This document shows positions 9,901-17,562 of a stretch of DNA of 64,000 bases, piece after piece. The position numbers were made by a program, and so were the translations under genes. The notes beneath the pieces are model-generated. The model had not been told where the DNA came from and searched no databases. It worked only from the letters and a program-made list of their open reading frames with translations. The first letter of the stretch is position 1; every line of letters begins with the position of its first letter. Source of the stretch: Methanobacteriota archaeon (GTDB lineage Archaea; Thermoplasmatota; Thermoplasmata; SG8-5; DAIRED01); the NCBI GenBank assembly GCA_043799545.1, contig JAZDNO010000026.1, positions 76,340 through 140,339 on the forward strand, written 5' to 3'.

Positions 9901-10565
9901 GCCCTCACGGCCCAGTTGCTGGAGGAAACGACTGTGCAATTGCGTATCTGAGCCGACGATTGATGGGCGTCGATGCCGTACTGCGCGGATTGGAACGTGC
10001 AGCTCTCGACTGTCGGCGACGACGAGGCGATGCTCAACCCGGCAAAACAGCTAGAGAAAGTGGTGTTCAGCATCAAAGCGGTGCTGGTTTGAATTGCGAA
10101 ACCCATGGCTGATTTCGCGGCCCCGCAGAGCGATACCTTGCTGTTCGTGACGTTCGCCACGGAGCCGGCCCTCGCGTAGAAAGAGTACCTGTGGAGGCCG
10201 TCGTGCGAGGTCAGCCCGCCGGAGTCGTTCGCCGTCGCCGGGTCACCGTCGAGGTCGCCCATCATGAATTTTCCTCCAGATTTCACCTCCCCCGCGAACT
10301 CCAGGTCCTTTCTGCAGTCGAACCTCAGGGTCGAGTTGCGCAGGTCCAGCGTTGCCCCGCCGGCAACCGATAGATTACCCCTCAGGATAATCGTTTTGTT
10401 CGTGTAATTCTGGTATCCGTAAACAATCCAATCCTCGTAGATATATATTGTGCCGGGTCCGGGAGCGGCTGGTGTCGGAGGTGTCGGCGCCAACGCGGTC
10501 CCCGCTTGGAAAGTACCTGGAACGAAGAAAAGGGCGGCCAGCAAAATGACGAGAAGCTTCCTCAT
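3918..10565 (-). CDS. 2215-aa secreted surface protein: right-handed beta-helix repeats, 7-blade beta-propeller, Ig-like domains, C-terminal GWNL-repeat domain
   Basis: Signal peptide MRKLLVILLAALFFVPG. Parallel beta-helix repeats (N-x-x-G-I/V-x-L). Seven blades of PxxxGDxxxW type. Ig-like PVILWTDPFDGEARV...ITVRFNEPV. Ca-binding-like DTDGDG. Terminal GWNLVSLP and GWNLVGYP. Confidence 0.88.
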   Translation of the reverse strand: MRKLLVILLAALFFVPGTFQAGTALAPTPPTPAAPGPGTIYIYEDWIVYGYQNYTNKTIILRGNLSVAGGATLDLRNSTLRFDCRKDLEFAGEVKSGGKFMMGDLDGDPATANDSGGLTSHDGLHRYSFYARAGSVANVTNSKVSLCGAAKSAMGFAIQTSTALMLNTTFSSCFAGLSIASSSPTVESCTFQSAQYGIDAHQSSAQIRNCTVVSSSNWAVRAQFANLQISGMSILGGYGGIYLSYSNPEIGGLQISGIAGTAVYCWEASPLIYDSSIVGGVDVQADWNSFPGLVNTTFSSSRTIVGNGQHISVGRYSPVSVFNESGYPADGAKVSLIDSEGLASWSGRASEDGTAVAIERIQLVTSGGVSNRSGGTAYAYVDYGGWTEAGSSPLNGSAVVATSVSLEIEYFNQAINITDSVALANATYILSRELDVSEFGNLSLDNVTLLFDASEEANAGLHTYAGGSVRAEGCRILSVWSPRPLQSAGYALLFASGSSASIRNSSIVSSNGASVKTGDFDAAGTSFLHAKADALTFEGASCSPGAFSVFLSKSGVAAYGTELTLADCRFDNLAGNGFSAYGSVVETYNLTVRNASYGVFASDSSYLDEHSLFADCDNGLASSSCDVALLGTRTGGCDGIGMDFQGGKVRLEACTIVGNNVGIADGSANLWAEGCELVGNAIGLSSSSAAPVLANSTLSNTWDAVPARGSRPALLNCVFSEEKLLVPESSYVNVGGFARFNVTESGLPAAGALVSLGAGFYSATSGTNGSTGWMAYCDHRVTATGYESPQPVKVTAILAEANASRLASVDLALSQGFNYALELPDSDNCLVWGADREVWGDERHANETIVVKGDVKVMEGGNLDIESCDLLLWSTPQVSYGLWAYMGDITLEGCRAAPTQSRSPGRPLSVPVTVSPGANLTVSGSELAWVPVNVYGRADISRTDVHESFSAGIYSVSGEVTLANSNISYCRDGIEAYDSRITMENASADNCADSGTLASNCALEISGAKARANLYGLSINDGSRGNITGADISGNSDGCWIKESDVAVAESLFTGNTGSGLYLANCGAVVRGVEARGNQVGVRLDDSAPMIQNLTAVSNYYGLYSYNSAPHLTGGSFDGNQYGIYSNGMYVRSVKSFSNGLEDAMESFIGGGSRAKNSVTLPERARILGASMAVTGVDLKKSAMTSDSALQFSPAVWGDTVAYADKRGGVWAIRAYNLTADTDGDGIFNYMEYPHLDPDPAVTVITDGATLDYDPAIWGTTIVWTRWDAAAGYDIMAHDLSNGTTWPAVPGASMDLQPSIWGDRLAWSAIDGKQKIFAGNLSGGAEQLSNNSRYNINPDIHGDEVVWHDYEGNPYYELADIHLYNLTTGEDKLVQALPSQQCLPTLWGDWLAYQDDRKGDTNLDGWKEWDIYLYNLSTEEERRLTFDGQASFAPDLSGDKVVWYWHDRTLDDSLPATIEGWSVMMHNITTGTTETLERETGGDSWPVANGPRVAWVNKSGGGDIWVYDQRYAGFPTNPWVDIGDDGSAEWARAGEFTSTVRMNGTVLAKAFAGFVRNSESDAETTVPIRIGSSSTGRVRLSGLELTYEVPGLAERTTFTGDGAAGVYCWDSDFRLVNATLALPGTEINAAGGSNPELLNCTFDGDFAFSDARSNVTVRNFLHVLAEDKEGSPLAGARVRAYDSGTLALDSLTSEDGRLDWSRVTDRMHNSTGAWENETLARVDYLGAKFDLNPRLVPMAESHLEIFSTDRTPPTFLEASPAPDSFVNAPYPTISILAIDPYGIDASSIKLYVDGYRVYYNLSAVTDGYNVSYFYEVGANDGQVIRCRIAATDMYGNFADFYWNFTADLSAPVILWTDPFDGEARVGVFSNITVRFNEPVRKVGAEMALWFDPPVSGEFYWADGATMVFVPGEQLLPSRAYAAHIEAGIEDVAGNSMGAYGWNFITESDIYPPSASREWPAPGEGYTDLSPVISVQVTDVSGVVQSSIRLYVQGYAVFYDLAPVSGGYNVSYWHAAGFSVGDVVRCRIVARDPAGNLMDRSWSFTAVTFVDIPLDKGWNLVSLPLVQLNESVESALSSIKGKWDHVMAWDPGNPWNRWKQYFTGWSASMNDLTKLDHRVGFWLRVSDACTLRVCGLPPGSTTIELRAGWNLVGYPSANDSFYSTVEFRTDTGATILEGFDPAAEYLVTTLAYGLILKRCTAYWVYVPADAVWTVDW

Positions 10566-10710
10566 GACGGTGTCAAATATCCCTCCCCAGTTACTTAAAA
10601 CTTTGTGCGAAAACGGTTTTATGGCTATGAAAAGCGCCGTGGCTGCGGCGACGCGGCTCCGCCGCGCCCGTCGGTTCCGCCCGGTTCCATCTGTCTCGGG
10701 GCTGACCGCG

Positions 10711-10742
10711 GGCGCGCCTCAGCCTCCCGGCTGGGGCGCGCC
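10711..10742 (-). terminator. GC-rich hairpin downstream of rpl12 (possible terminator or processing structure)
   Basis: GGCGCGCC-C-CAGCC-GGGA-GGCTG-A-GGCGCGCC on the minus strand: 13-bp stem with one mismatch and a GNRA loop. Confidence 0.4.
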
Positions 10743-10780
10743 TCGAGCGCGGCGTGTCGCGTCGAAAGAGGACGATGCGC

Positions 10781-11086
10781 CTACCCGAAGAGCGCGCCCA
10801 GACCGGCCGCGGCTTCGTCTTCGGAGACCTTCTTTTCCTCTTTCTCTTCCTTCTTCTCCGCTGCTGGTGCGCCGGCTGCCGCCGCTGGAGCCGCCGCCGC
10901 CACCGGGGCGGTAGCGGCCTTGGCTATGACATCCTTTATGTCCACTCCCTCGAGGGCCGCGGTGAGCGCCTTGACCCTCGCCGGGTCGGCCGCGACGCCC
11001 GCTGCCTTCAGGACATTCGATATCCCAGCTTCGTCCACCTTCTTTCCAGCTGCGTGGAGAACCATCGCGCTGTACACATATTCCAT
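10781..11086 (-). CDS. rpl12: 50S ribosomal protein L12 (archaeal P1/P2 stalk)
   Basis: [11 protein letters not shown], Ala-rich hinge, acidic [10 protein letters not shown] tail, GLGALFG end. Confidence 0.97.
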   Translation of the reverse strand: MEYVYSAMVLHAAGKKVDEAGISNVLKAAGVAADPARVKALTAALEGVDIKDVIAKAATAPVAAAAPAAAAGAPAAEKKEEKEEKKVSEDEAAAGLGALFG

Positions 11087-11110
11087 TTTCTTACCTCCTT
11101 TCTTTGAGCC

Positions 11111-11974
11111 TCACTTTCCCCCCGCATCCGCCTTGGCCTTCAGCGCAAGCATCTGGGCCTGCGCCCTCGCCAGGAGGAACGGGACGGATTCCTTGTTCAT
11201 TATTCCTGCCTCTACGGAGAGCGCCAGCGCGCTCTTGTAGGCCTTCGCGACCATCGGCTGTATCGTGAAACTGGTGACGTAGCCCATCTCCATCGCCAGG
11301 CCGAGAGCCTGGTTCGCGGCCATCATCACGTTCGATATGTACGTCCTCGGGTCCACGGCCATGACTTCCTTGGAGAATATCGTTCCCTCGTCGTAGGCCA
11401 TCCGAAGGTCCATGCCGACAGTCAGAGGGAATATCTCCAGCTTAGTCAGGACAGGCGCGACCTCGCGCGGAATCTTGTCACCCGCCTTTACCAGGAGCTT
11501 GTCCTTCTTGATTACGACCTTGCCGTCCTGTATGGCAGCCGGTATTCCGGCCTTCTGCAGTTCGCCGACAATCGGTCCGGGCTTGAAGGGCGTGTCCCCG
11601 GCCTTTATCTCTATGTCATCCGGAGCCGTTTCCCCGCCCCTCGCCGCCATCTTGGACTTGTTCTCCTCGAGGAGCTGGTAGAGCTTGAACGGGTTCATGT
11701 CGGTGGTGATGATTGCGGTCTGGCCCTCCATCTTTGGCGTGAGGGACTCCAGGTTCGGCTTCTTCTTCGAGGCGTGCTGGATGGCCAGCGATGCAATCGT
11801 GTTCTTGACCACGATGATGTCCGCCTTCCCGAGCAGGTCCTTCCTCATCTTCTGGATGGCCATGCCCGGTATTCCGCCGACGAAAGCGATTCCGACGACG
11901 CGCTTCGAGTCCAAAGACGCCTGCAGCTGGTTGAGCTGGGTTGTCTTCCACTTTGCGACTTCGCTTTGGTCCAT
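11111..11974 (-). CDS. rplP0: 50S ribosomal protein L10 (P0, uL10)
   Basis: VAKWK, IVVKNT, AARGGETAPDDIEIKAGDTPFKPGPIVGELQKAGIPAAI; located between rpl1 and rpl12. Confidence 0.97.
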   Translation of the reverse strand: MDQSEVAKWKTTQLNQLQASLDSKRVVGIAFVGGIPGMAIQKMRKDLLGKADIIVVKNTIASLAIQHASKKKPNLESLTPKMEGQTAIITTDMNPFKLYQLLEENKSKMAARGGETAPDDIEIKAGDTPFKPGPIVGELQKAGIPAAIQDGKVVIKKDKLLVKAGDKIPREVAPVLTKLEIFPLTVGMDLRMAYDEGTIFSKEVMAVDPRTYISNVMMAANQALGLAMEMGYVTSFTIQPMVAKAYKSALALSVEAGIMNKESVPFLLARAQAQMLALKAKADAGGK

Positions 11975-11985
11975 CTGGAGCCCCC

Positions 11986-12624
11986 CTACATCAGCCTCAC
12001 TGACGGGCCCATCGTCGTCTTGATGAAGATCGACCGTATGTTCAACTTTCCGCGCTCCAGCTTCGTGGTCAGACGCTTGACCACCAGGTCGATGTTCTCG
12101 GCTATGTCCTCGACCGGCATCTCCTTGCTGCCGACGGGCATGTGGAACGTCTTCCTGTCTTTTGATTTTAAATTGATGGTCCTCTTGAGATTCGCCACGA
12201 TGTTGACGGGGTCCGCCGCTGGCTGTATCGGCTTCGGCATCTTCCCCCTGGGCGCCAGGACCTTTCCCAGCTTTTTACCGATGAGCGGCATCAGCGGCGC
12301 CTCGGCGAGGAAAAACGTGTTGTCGGAAGCCAGCTTCTTCGTCTTCTTGCTGTCCCCGGCGTACTCCTCTATCTGTTCGGGGGAGATGACCAGGTCGGCG
12401 ACGCCCTTGGACTTGCGCGCCAGCTCTCCGCCGCAGAATATCCCTATCTTGATGTCCCTGCCACGGCCTTTCGGTAAAATGACGTCCTCGTCTATCCTGT
12501 TCTTGGGGATTGCGAGGTCCACGTCCTTCAGATTGACAGCCAGCTCGACGGTCTCCTTGAACTTGCGTTGCTTGGAGCCCTCGAGGGCTTTCTTGACCGC
12601 CTCGATTGTTGTTTTCTCGGCCAA
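11986..12624 (-). CDS. rpl1: 50S ribosomal protein L1 (uL1)
   Basis: RKFKETVELAVNLK, LAPRGKMPKP, KTTMGPS. TTG start 6 nt after SD GGAGGT. Confidence 0.97.
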   Translation of the reverse strand: MAEKTTIEAVKKALEGSKQRKFKETVELAVNLKDVDLAIPKNRIDEDVILPKGRGRDIKIGIFCGGELARKSKGVADLVISPEQIEEYAGDSKKTKKLASDNTFFLAEAPLMPLIGKKLGKVLAPRGKMPKPIQPAADPVNIVANLKRTINLKSKDRKTFHMPVGSKEMPVEDIAENIDLVVKRLTTKLERGKLNIRSIFIKTTMGPSVRLM

Positions 12625-12630
12625 TTACAT

Positions 12631-12669
12631 ACCTCCTGTAGTTTTATCGGGGCTTCCGCCCCTCCTACA
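12631..12669 (-). promoter_or_regulatory. L1-binding autoregulatory mRNA leader followed by Shine-Dalgarno site
   Basis: UGUAG-GA-GGGGC-GGAA-GCCCC-GAUAAAA-CUACA forms two stems around an asymmetric GGAG/GAUAAAAC loop, like known L1-binding sites. It abuts GGAGGU. Confidence 0.75.
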
Positions 12670-12766
12670 TGGAGCAACACTTGGATTGGGCTCAAAGGAC
12701 AGGTGGTAGATAAGTGTTTCGGAGGGCATCCGCTCCGACGCAGCGGAAGAATGGCCGATATCGGGT

Positions 12767-13906
12767 TTATCCATCCGCATTGACTTTCTTCATCGTTTTC
12801 AGGAGACTCCTGACCTTGCGGGCTTCCGCCTCGATTCGTCCCCTGCCGGCCTTGACGTCTATCTTCGCGTACATCGATTTCAAGTAATGGATGTCCTCCT
12901 CGGTCAGGTATTTGCAGCTGAACGGGAAGAACGTTTCCTCCTCCAGCTTGAAATGGGGCCCGATTATCTCGATGTATCTGGAGATGGTCTTCTTCAACGG
13001 AGCTGTCAGCCTCTTGCGCTCCGCGTAATAATTGCCCAAATCCCTGTAGATGTCAGCGAGGCATTTCTCCATCTCGTCGTCCCTGTCGCCAATCTGCAGG
13101 CCGATGTCGTAGGCCTGAACGGACTGTGTGACTGGCTCCAGCAATTTCATCTTGTCTTCCAGATATTTTTCCAGGTCATTTTTCATGTCCTTGAAGATGG
13201 CCTCAAGCTCGTCGTGCTGCTCCTGCAGTATTGCGAACGAAGTCTTGGACATCTCGGCGAACCAGTCGGGATGCTCCGTCACGACTCGTTCTATGAACTT
13301 GTCGGTATATATTCGTTCCTTGGCGACGTGTACCTCGTAGTCCGCCATGAACACGACCGATACGCACCACGAGAGCACGTCCTTGGGAATGCCCCTGTCC
13401 AGGTTTTCGTTGACCAGGGTCATCAAATCCCTGATGTCGCGCAGCAACGGATGCTCGGCTACGAGCATATCCGTTATCTCGTTCGCGTGCTTCAGATGTT
13501 CGCCCTTCTCCAGCCCATCCAGCAGCCCCAAGCCGACCTGTACCCTCGCCACAAGAGTGGAAGGCGTGAACGGAATGGCCAGGAAATCATCCACACCCGC
13601 CTTTAGAGCGGTGATGAGCCCCGATGCGTTTTTTCTGGCATCCGTCAAAAGGATGATGTAGCACAGCCGTCCCGCCTCCTTCGACACCTCTCGGATGTCG
13701 TGGCCCAATGTGGGAATGCTGACGCCCTTAATCCGTTCGTCCAGTATGGCGACTTGGAGCTCGTTGTCCGATTCGAATGCCCTGATGACCTCGGTCCCGT
13801 TCGAAACGCCCGAAACCCTGAAGCCTTCGCTCTCCAATGCCTTGGTAATTTGGGAATTGGATTCCTGATGAGCGGTCGCCAGAAGGATTCTGTTGGCCCG
13901 GGTCAT
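12767..13906 (-). CDS. Atypical receiver (REC) domain fused to hemerythrin/HHE cation-binding domain
   Basis: REC fold (RILLAT, AILDE, IILLT, AGVDDFLAIPF), then EHPLL...HVAKER...EQHDEL...HFKLEEETFFP. Confidence 0.8.
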   Translation of the reverse strand: MTRANRILLATAHQESNSQITKALESEGFRVSGVSNGTEVIRAFESDNELQVAILDERIKGVSIPTLGHDIREVSKEAGRLCYIILLTDARKNASGLITALKAGVDDFLAIPFTPSTLVARVQVGLGLLDGLEKGEHLKHANEITDMLVAEHPLLRDIRDLMTLVNENLDRGIPKDVLSWCVSVVFMADYEVHVAKERIYTDKFIERVVTEHPDWFAEMSKTSFAILQEQHDELEAIFKDMKNDLEKYLEDKMKLLEPVTQSVQAYDIGLQIGDRDDEMEKCLADIYRDLGNYYAERKRLTAPLKKTISRYIEIIGPHFKLEEETFFPFSCKYLTEEDIHYLKSMYAKIDVKAGRGRIEAEARKVRSLLKTMKKVNADG

Positions 13907-14002
13907 TCAATCGGCCCTCCGTGGGATTTTCAGCTTATCACGGTGGCAAAAGAGTGCTAACGATTATAAATAAATGCCCTTGAATATATATTTAAATTTC
14001 TC

Positions 14003-14668
14003 TCAATCGTCCTTTATTGAAACGACCATCGCCTCGTGGTCCTTCTCATAGGGCGCCAGGTCGATGCGCTCCTCCACTTCGTAGCCCCGTTCCACAAGCT
14101 GACCCTCCACTCTGGCGAATATCTTGGCCGGATTCGCCGAGACATCAATGCTCCTGGCCTTCACCATCAAAATCGCCATCCCAGTCGAGGGCGGCAGCGC
14201 GTCCAGGTTCTTGTGCAGTATACCGACCTGGTCCTTCTGAGATATGTCTTGGTACGCCACATCTACCGACTGCACGATTGGCGCGTAAGACCCGGGGTTG
14301 CTGGCGTCGGACAGGATGGGATGCATGTTCTTCCGGCGCTCGCAAAGCGCCACCAGGTCCCTGAACGGCCTCGACGCGATTTCCACGCAGAACACCTGGC
14401 CGTCGGTCGCTATGTCTGAAACGTGGCTGGCCGTCGTGCCGCTGGCCGCGCCCAGGTACAGAACGCGGGACGAGGCCGTGAACGGGAAGCTCTCCAGCCC
14501 ATTCAGAAGGGCGGCAGCCAGCTTGCTCCTCCGCGGGTCCCAGGCCCTGTACTCCGCTCCGTCCGTCGTTGCCAAATCCTCGCCGTAGACCCTCTGCCCG
14601 GGGTCCCTGTTCAAGGTGAATTGGCGCGAGCCATCGGTGTATACCCCTCCGAACCGCGACTGCTTCAT
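14003..14668 (-). CDS. flpA: Fibrillarin-like rRNA/tRNA 2'-O-methyltransferase
   Basis: EYRAWDPRRSKLAAA, VLYLGAASGTTASHVSDI, YQDISQKDQ, PYEKDH. Start at 14668 or 14677. Confidence 0.96.
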   Translation of the reverse strand: MKQSRFGGVYTDGSRQFTLNRDPGQRVYGEDLATTDGAEYRAWDPRRSKLAAALLNGLESFPFTASSRVLYLGAASGTTASHVSDIATDGQVFCVEIASRPFRDLVALCERRKNMHPILSDASNPGSYAPIVQSVDVAYQDISQKDQVGILHKNLDALPPSTGMAILMVKARSIDVSANPAKIFARVEGQLVERGYEVEERIDLAPYEKDHEAMVVSIKDD

Positions 14669-14731
14669 TCCTGGCATCGGGCCGCAAACGTGGACGCTAC
14701 TTTTAATACTTGGGTCAGCCATTTCAGCGCG

Positions 14732-15202
14732 ATGGAAGACGACGAGGTCAAGGCGCAGCTGAAGGCCATCAACGAACGGATGATAAAGCTCGAGGAGGCC
14801 TTCCTCGACGTGGCCAGGCCATACGCCGAGATATCCGAGCAGATGCAGTCCTTCCAGGAGATTTCCAAGGGCTACTTCAAGCTCATGGGGCTCTACCAGA
14901 AGCACGGCCAGATATCGCCGGAAATGGCGGTCCCGGGGCTCAAAGACCCGATATCGAAGGACCTGCTCCAGATTGTCATAGAGAAAGGGCCGGTGAACAT
15001 CTCCGAGGCCACGGACCTTCTGAGGGAGAAGCGCGGCCGTTCGTCCAGGCGCATCGTGCGCGAGAGGCTCCAGGAGATGGAGAAGGCGGGCGTGGTCATC
15101 GCGGAATCGAGGGGGAAGCAGAAGCGCTACTCCGCGTCCGAGGAAGTGACCGATAAATGGTTAGAACTGCTCGGTTTGGTTAAGAACAGGGAGCACGCAT
15201 AA
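14732..15202 (+). CDS. Winged-helix (ArsR-like) transcriptional regulator with N-terminal coiled coil
   Basis: DPISKDLLQIVIEKGPVNISEATD...SRRIVRERLQEMEKAGVV...KRYS. ATG 14732, divergent from flpA. Confidence 0.75.
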   Translation: MEDDEVKAQLKAINERMIKLEEAFLDVARPYAEISEQMQSFQEISKGYFKLMGLYQKHGQISPEMAVPGLKDPISKDLLQIVIEKGPVNISEATDLLREKRGRSSRRIVRERLQEMEKAGVVIAESRGKQKRYSASEEVTDKWLELLGLVKNREHA

Positions 15203-15223
15203 GGATACACAGAGGTGAAAAAC

Positions 15224-15637
15224 ATGACAGACGATGAAAAGAAAAAGACGCAGGAACATGACCACGACCACGGAGACCACACGGACGTCAAGGAGGTCCG
15301 CGAGATTCTCGACGTCGTCGGGGAGAAGATACCGAAGCTGCTGAACGACCTCACGGACGTTCTCTACGGCAAGGAGCAGTCCCAGAAGTACGGCACTGCC
15401 GTCGCGGGCTTCTACAAATCCCTGAAGGACGCGGGGATTACGGACGCGCAAGCCTTCGAGCTCACCCAGCAGTACATGGGGACCCTGAACATAGGAAACG
15501 CAATCGCAAGCGCGATAGGAAACCACGGCGGGCACGACGACGATGACGACATGGGCGACGACATCAAGAAGGCCATCAACATAAAGATTAAGAGCAAGCT
15601 CAAGGAGAAGGGCCTGGACACTGACGACGAGGCCTAG
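15224..15637 (+). CDS. Hypothetical helical protein with His/Asp-rich termini
   Basis: SD GAGGTG before ATG 15224; HDHDHGDH and HGGHDDDDD tracts; host-like codon usage. Confidence 0.75.
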   Translation: MTDDEKKKTQEHDHDHGDHTDVKEVREILDVVGEKIPKLLNDLTDVLYGKEQSQKYGTAVAGFYKSLKDAGITDAQAFELTQQYMGTLNIGNAIASAIGNHGGHDDDDDMGDDIKKAINIKIKSKLKEKGLDTDDEA

Positions 15638-15648
15638 GGAGGCCATAG

Positions 15649-15915
15649 ATGCCAGAGGAGGCGCGGGAGAACCCCGCCGACGTCGTGATAATAATGGCCA
15701 AGTCCCTGTGGCTGGCGATGAAGCTGCTCTTCGTGCTCATGCGCTTCAAGCGCAAGGCCAACCGCGCCGCGCGCAACTTCCGTAAGGCGGCGGTCAAGGG
15801 CGGCATGGACAGGCGCATGGCAGACCAGCTCACCGAGCAGTACGTGGAGTTCGCCAGCATCCGGAAGATGGTAAAGAACGTGACCGGGAGCGGAAAGATA
15901 CCGTTCATGAACTAA
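15649..15915 (+). CDS. Small basic hypothetical protein, partly paralogous to the upstream gene
   Basis: SD GGAGG upstream. Shares an F-x-K-x4-G-x5-A-x2-LT-x-QY motif with 15224-15637. Confidence 0.7.
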   Translation: MPEEARENPADVVIIMAKSLWLAMKLLFVLMRFKRKANRAARNFRKAAVKGGMDRRMADQLTEQYVEFASIRKMVKNVTGSGKIPFMN

Positions 15916-15970
15916 AACCTTTCAGATTCGTTCAGCAACCTTTTTCAACCCCCACCTCCTTCTTAGAGCG

Positions 15971-16756
15971 ATGAGGAGCCTTCTCTTCGAGATTGCGGAC
16001 GCGGTCCAGAAAGCCGTACAATCCACCGACGGCGCGTTCGAAGACGTCGACGTCGCCATGGGCGCGGACGGCACCCCAACGACGCGCATAGACAAGATTG
16101 CCGAAGATGCTGTCCTGAAAGTACTGGCCAAGCATGGCAACCCCCTGAACGTGCTCAGCGAGGAATGCGATTTCCAAGACAACGGGCGCGAGATGACCCT
16201 CGTCCTGGACCCGATAGACGGGACCGTGAACGCGACCTCGGGATTCCCGTTCTACGCCGTGTCGCTCGCCGTCGGCTCGCGCGACCTGGACGGCGTGGCT
16301 TTCGCCCTCGTGAGGAACCTCGCCACGGGCGAGACTTTCTACGCTGGAAAAGGAATGGGCGCATTCAGAAACGGCGAGAGAATCAAGGTCCGCGGCTACG
16401 ACCCAGAGAAGGGGATTTTTCTAGTTTACCTCGGCAACCATGCTGACAAAAGCGCATGCCGCATCGCGGGAGTTCCTCGCCGCACGCGCTCCTTCGGCTC
16501 TGCGGCTTTGGAAACGTGCATGGTGGCGTCGGGCTCTGCGGACATGTATGCCATCATCGCGGACCAGAGGATACGGGGATTGCGGGTCGTGGACATCGCC
16601 GCTGCGTCACTCATTCTGAGGGAGGCCGGTGGAGAGTTGTACGAGCCGAACGGAAAAAAATTCACCATGGCCTACGACATCAAGGATCGGAAGAACGTGG
16701 TCGCGGTCGGAGACAGGAAGGCGCTGGAAGCAGCAGGCATGGGGGCGGCAATATGA
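15971..16756 (+). CDS. suhB: Inositol monophosphatase / FBPase family protein
   Basis: IDKIAED, LSEE, VLDPIDGTVN, RSFGSAALE, DIAAASLILREAGG. Confidence 0.93.
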   Translation: MRSLLFEIADAVQKAVQSTDGAFEDVDVAMGADGTPTTRIDKIAEDAVLKVLAKHGNPLNVLSEECDFQDNGREMTLVLDPIDGTVNATSGFPFYAVSLAVGSRDLDGVAFALVRNLATGETFYAGKGMGAFRNGERIKVRGYDPEKGIFLVYLGNHADKSACRIAGVPRRTRSFGSAALETCMVASGSADMYAIIADQRIRGLRVVDIAAASLILREAGGELYEPNGKKFTMAYDIKDRKNVVAVGDRKALEAAGMGAAI

Positions 16757-17562
16757 AGGTCGGTGTTGTGGCCAATCCGGACCTGCAAAAATCAGCGGCG
16801 GTGGTCAAGCGCGTCATGAAGTTCTTCGCGGGGCGGAGGATTGAGCTGGAGATAGACGAGGCAATCGCCGCCAAGCTGGGCAAGAAGGGAGTCCCGCTTT
16901 CGGAGATGGAAAGCGCAGTGCTCGTCACGATAGGCGGTGACGGGACGGTCCTGAGGGCGCTGCAGCAGACCCGTGCAAGGGTCCTGAGCGTCAACGCGGG
17001 CGAGGTGGGCTTCCTCACGGAAATCAGCCCGACGGACATAGAGGAGAAGCTCGCCCAGTTCATAGCCGGCAAGTACCAGATAGATTCGAGGATTCGCCTG
17101 AAGACCCTCCTGGGCAAGCGCAGGCTGCCGGATTCTCTCAACGAAGCCGTCGTCCACACGTCCCAGATATCGAAGATGCGCAGGTTCAAAGTGTGCGTGG
17201 ACGGAAAGCTCAGCATGGACGTCAGGGCGGACGGCATCGTCGTGGCGACCCCAACTGGCTCGACCTGCTACGCGATGAGCGCAGGCGGTCCGATAGTCGA
17301 CCCGGACGTGGACGCTTTCGTCATCGCGCCGCTGGCGCCGTTCAAGCCTTCGATGCGCCCGCTCGTCGTCCCTGCGACAAGCGTGCTGACGGTAGAGACT
17401 GGCCACAGGAAGGACTGCCTCCTCGTCCTCGACGGCCAGCAATACGAAGAGATAGGTGCGGGGAGCGTGCTGACGTTCAGCAGGTCCGAGCGCGACGCGG
17501 AGCTGATAAGGTTCAGCGACGATTTCTACAAGCGCATACATGAGAAGCTGGGGATGCTGTAG
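16753..17562 (+). CDS. nadK: NAD(+) kinase
   Basis: TIGGDGTVL, NAGEVGFL, LNEAVV, ADGIVVATPTGSTCYAMSAGGP. ATG 16753 overlaps the IMPase stop (ATGA). Confidence 0.95.
   Translation: MKVGVVANPDLQKSAAVVKRVMKFFAGRRIELEIDEAIAAKLGKKGVPLSEMESAVLVTIGGDGTVLRALQQTRARVLSVNAGEVGFLTEISPTDIEEKLAQFIAGKYQIDSRIRLKTLLGKRRLPDSLNEAVVHTSQISKMRRFKVCVDGKLSMDVRADGIVVATPTGSTCYAMSAGGPIVDPDVDAFVIAPLAPFKPSMRPLVVPATSVLTVETGHRKDCLLVLDGQQYEEIGAGSVLTFSRSERDAELIRFSDDFYKRIHEKLGML

Noticed and set aside
13935-13960. CIRCE (HrcA operator)
   Set aside because: The right arm GAGTGCTAA is perfect, but the left arm matches only 6/9 with an 8-nt spacer, and the flanking genes are not chaperones.
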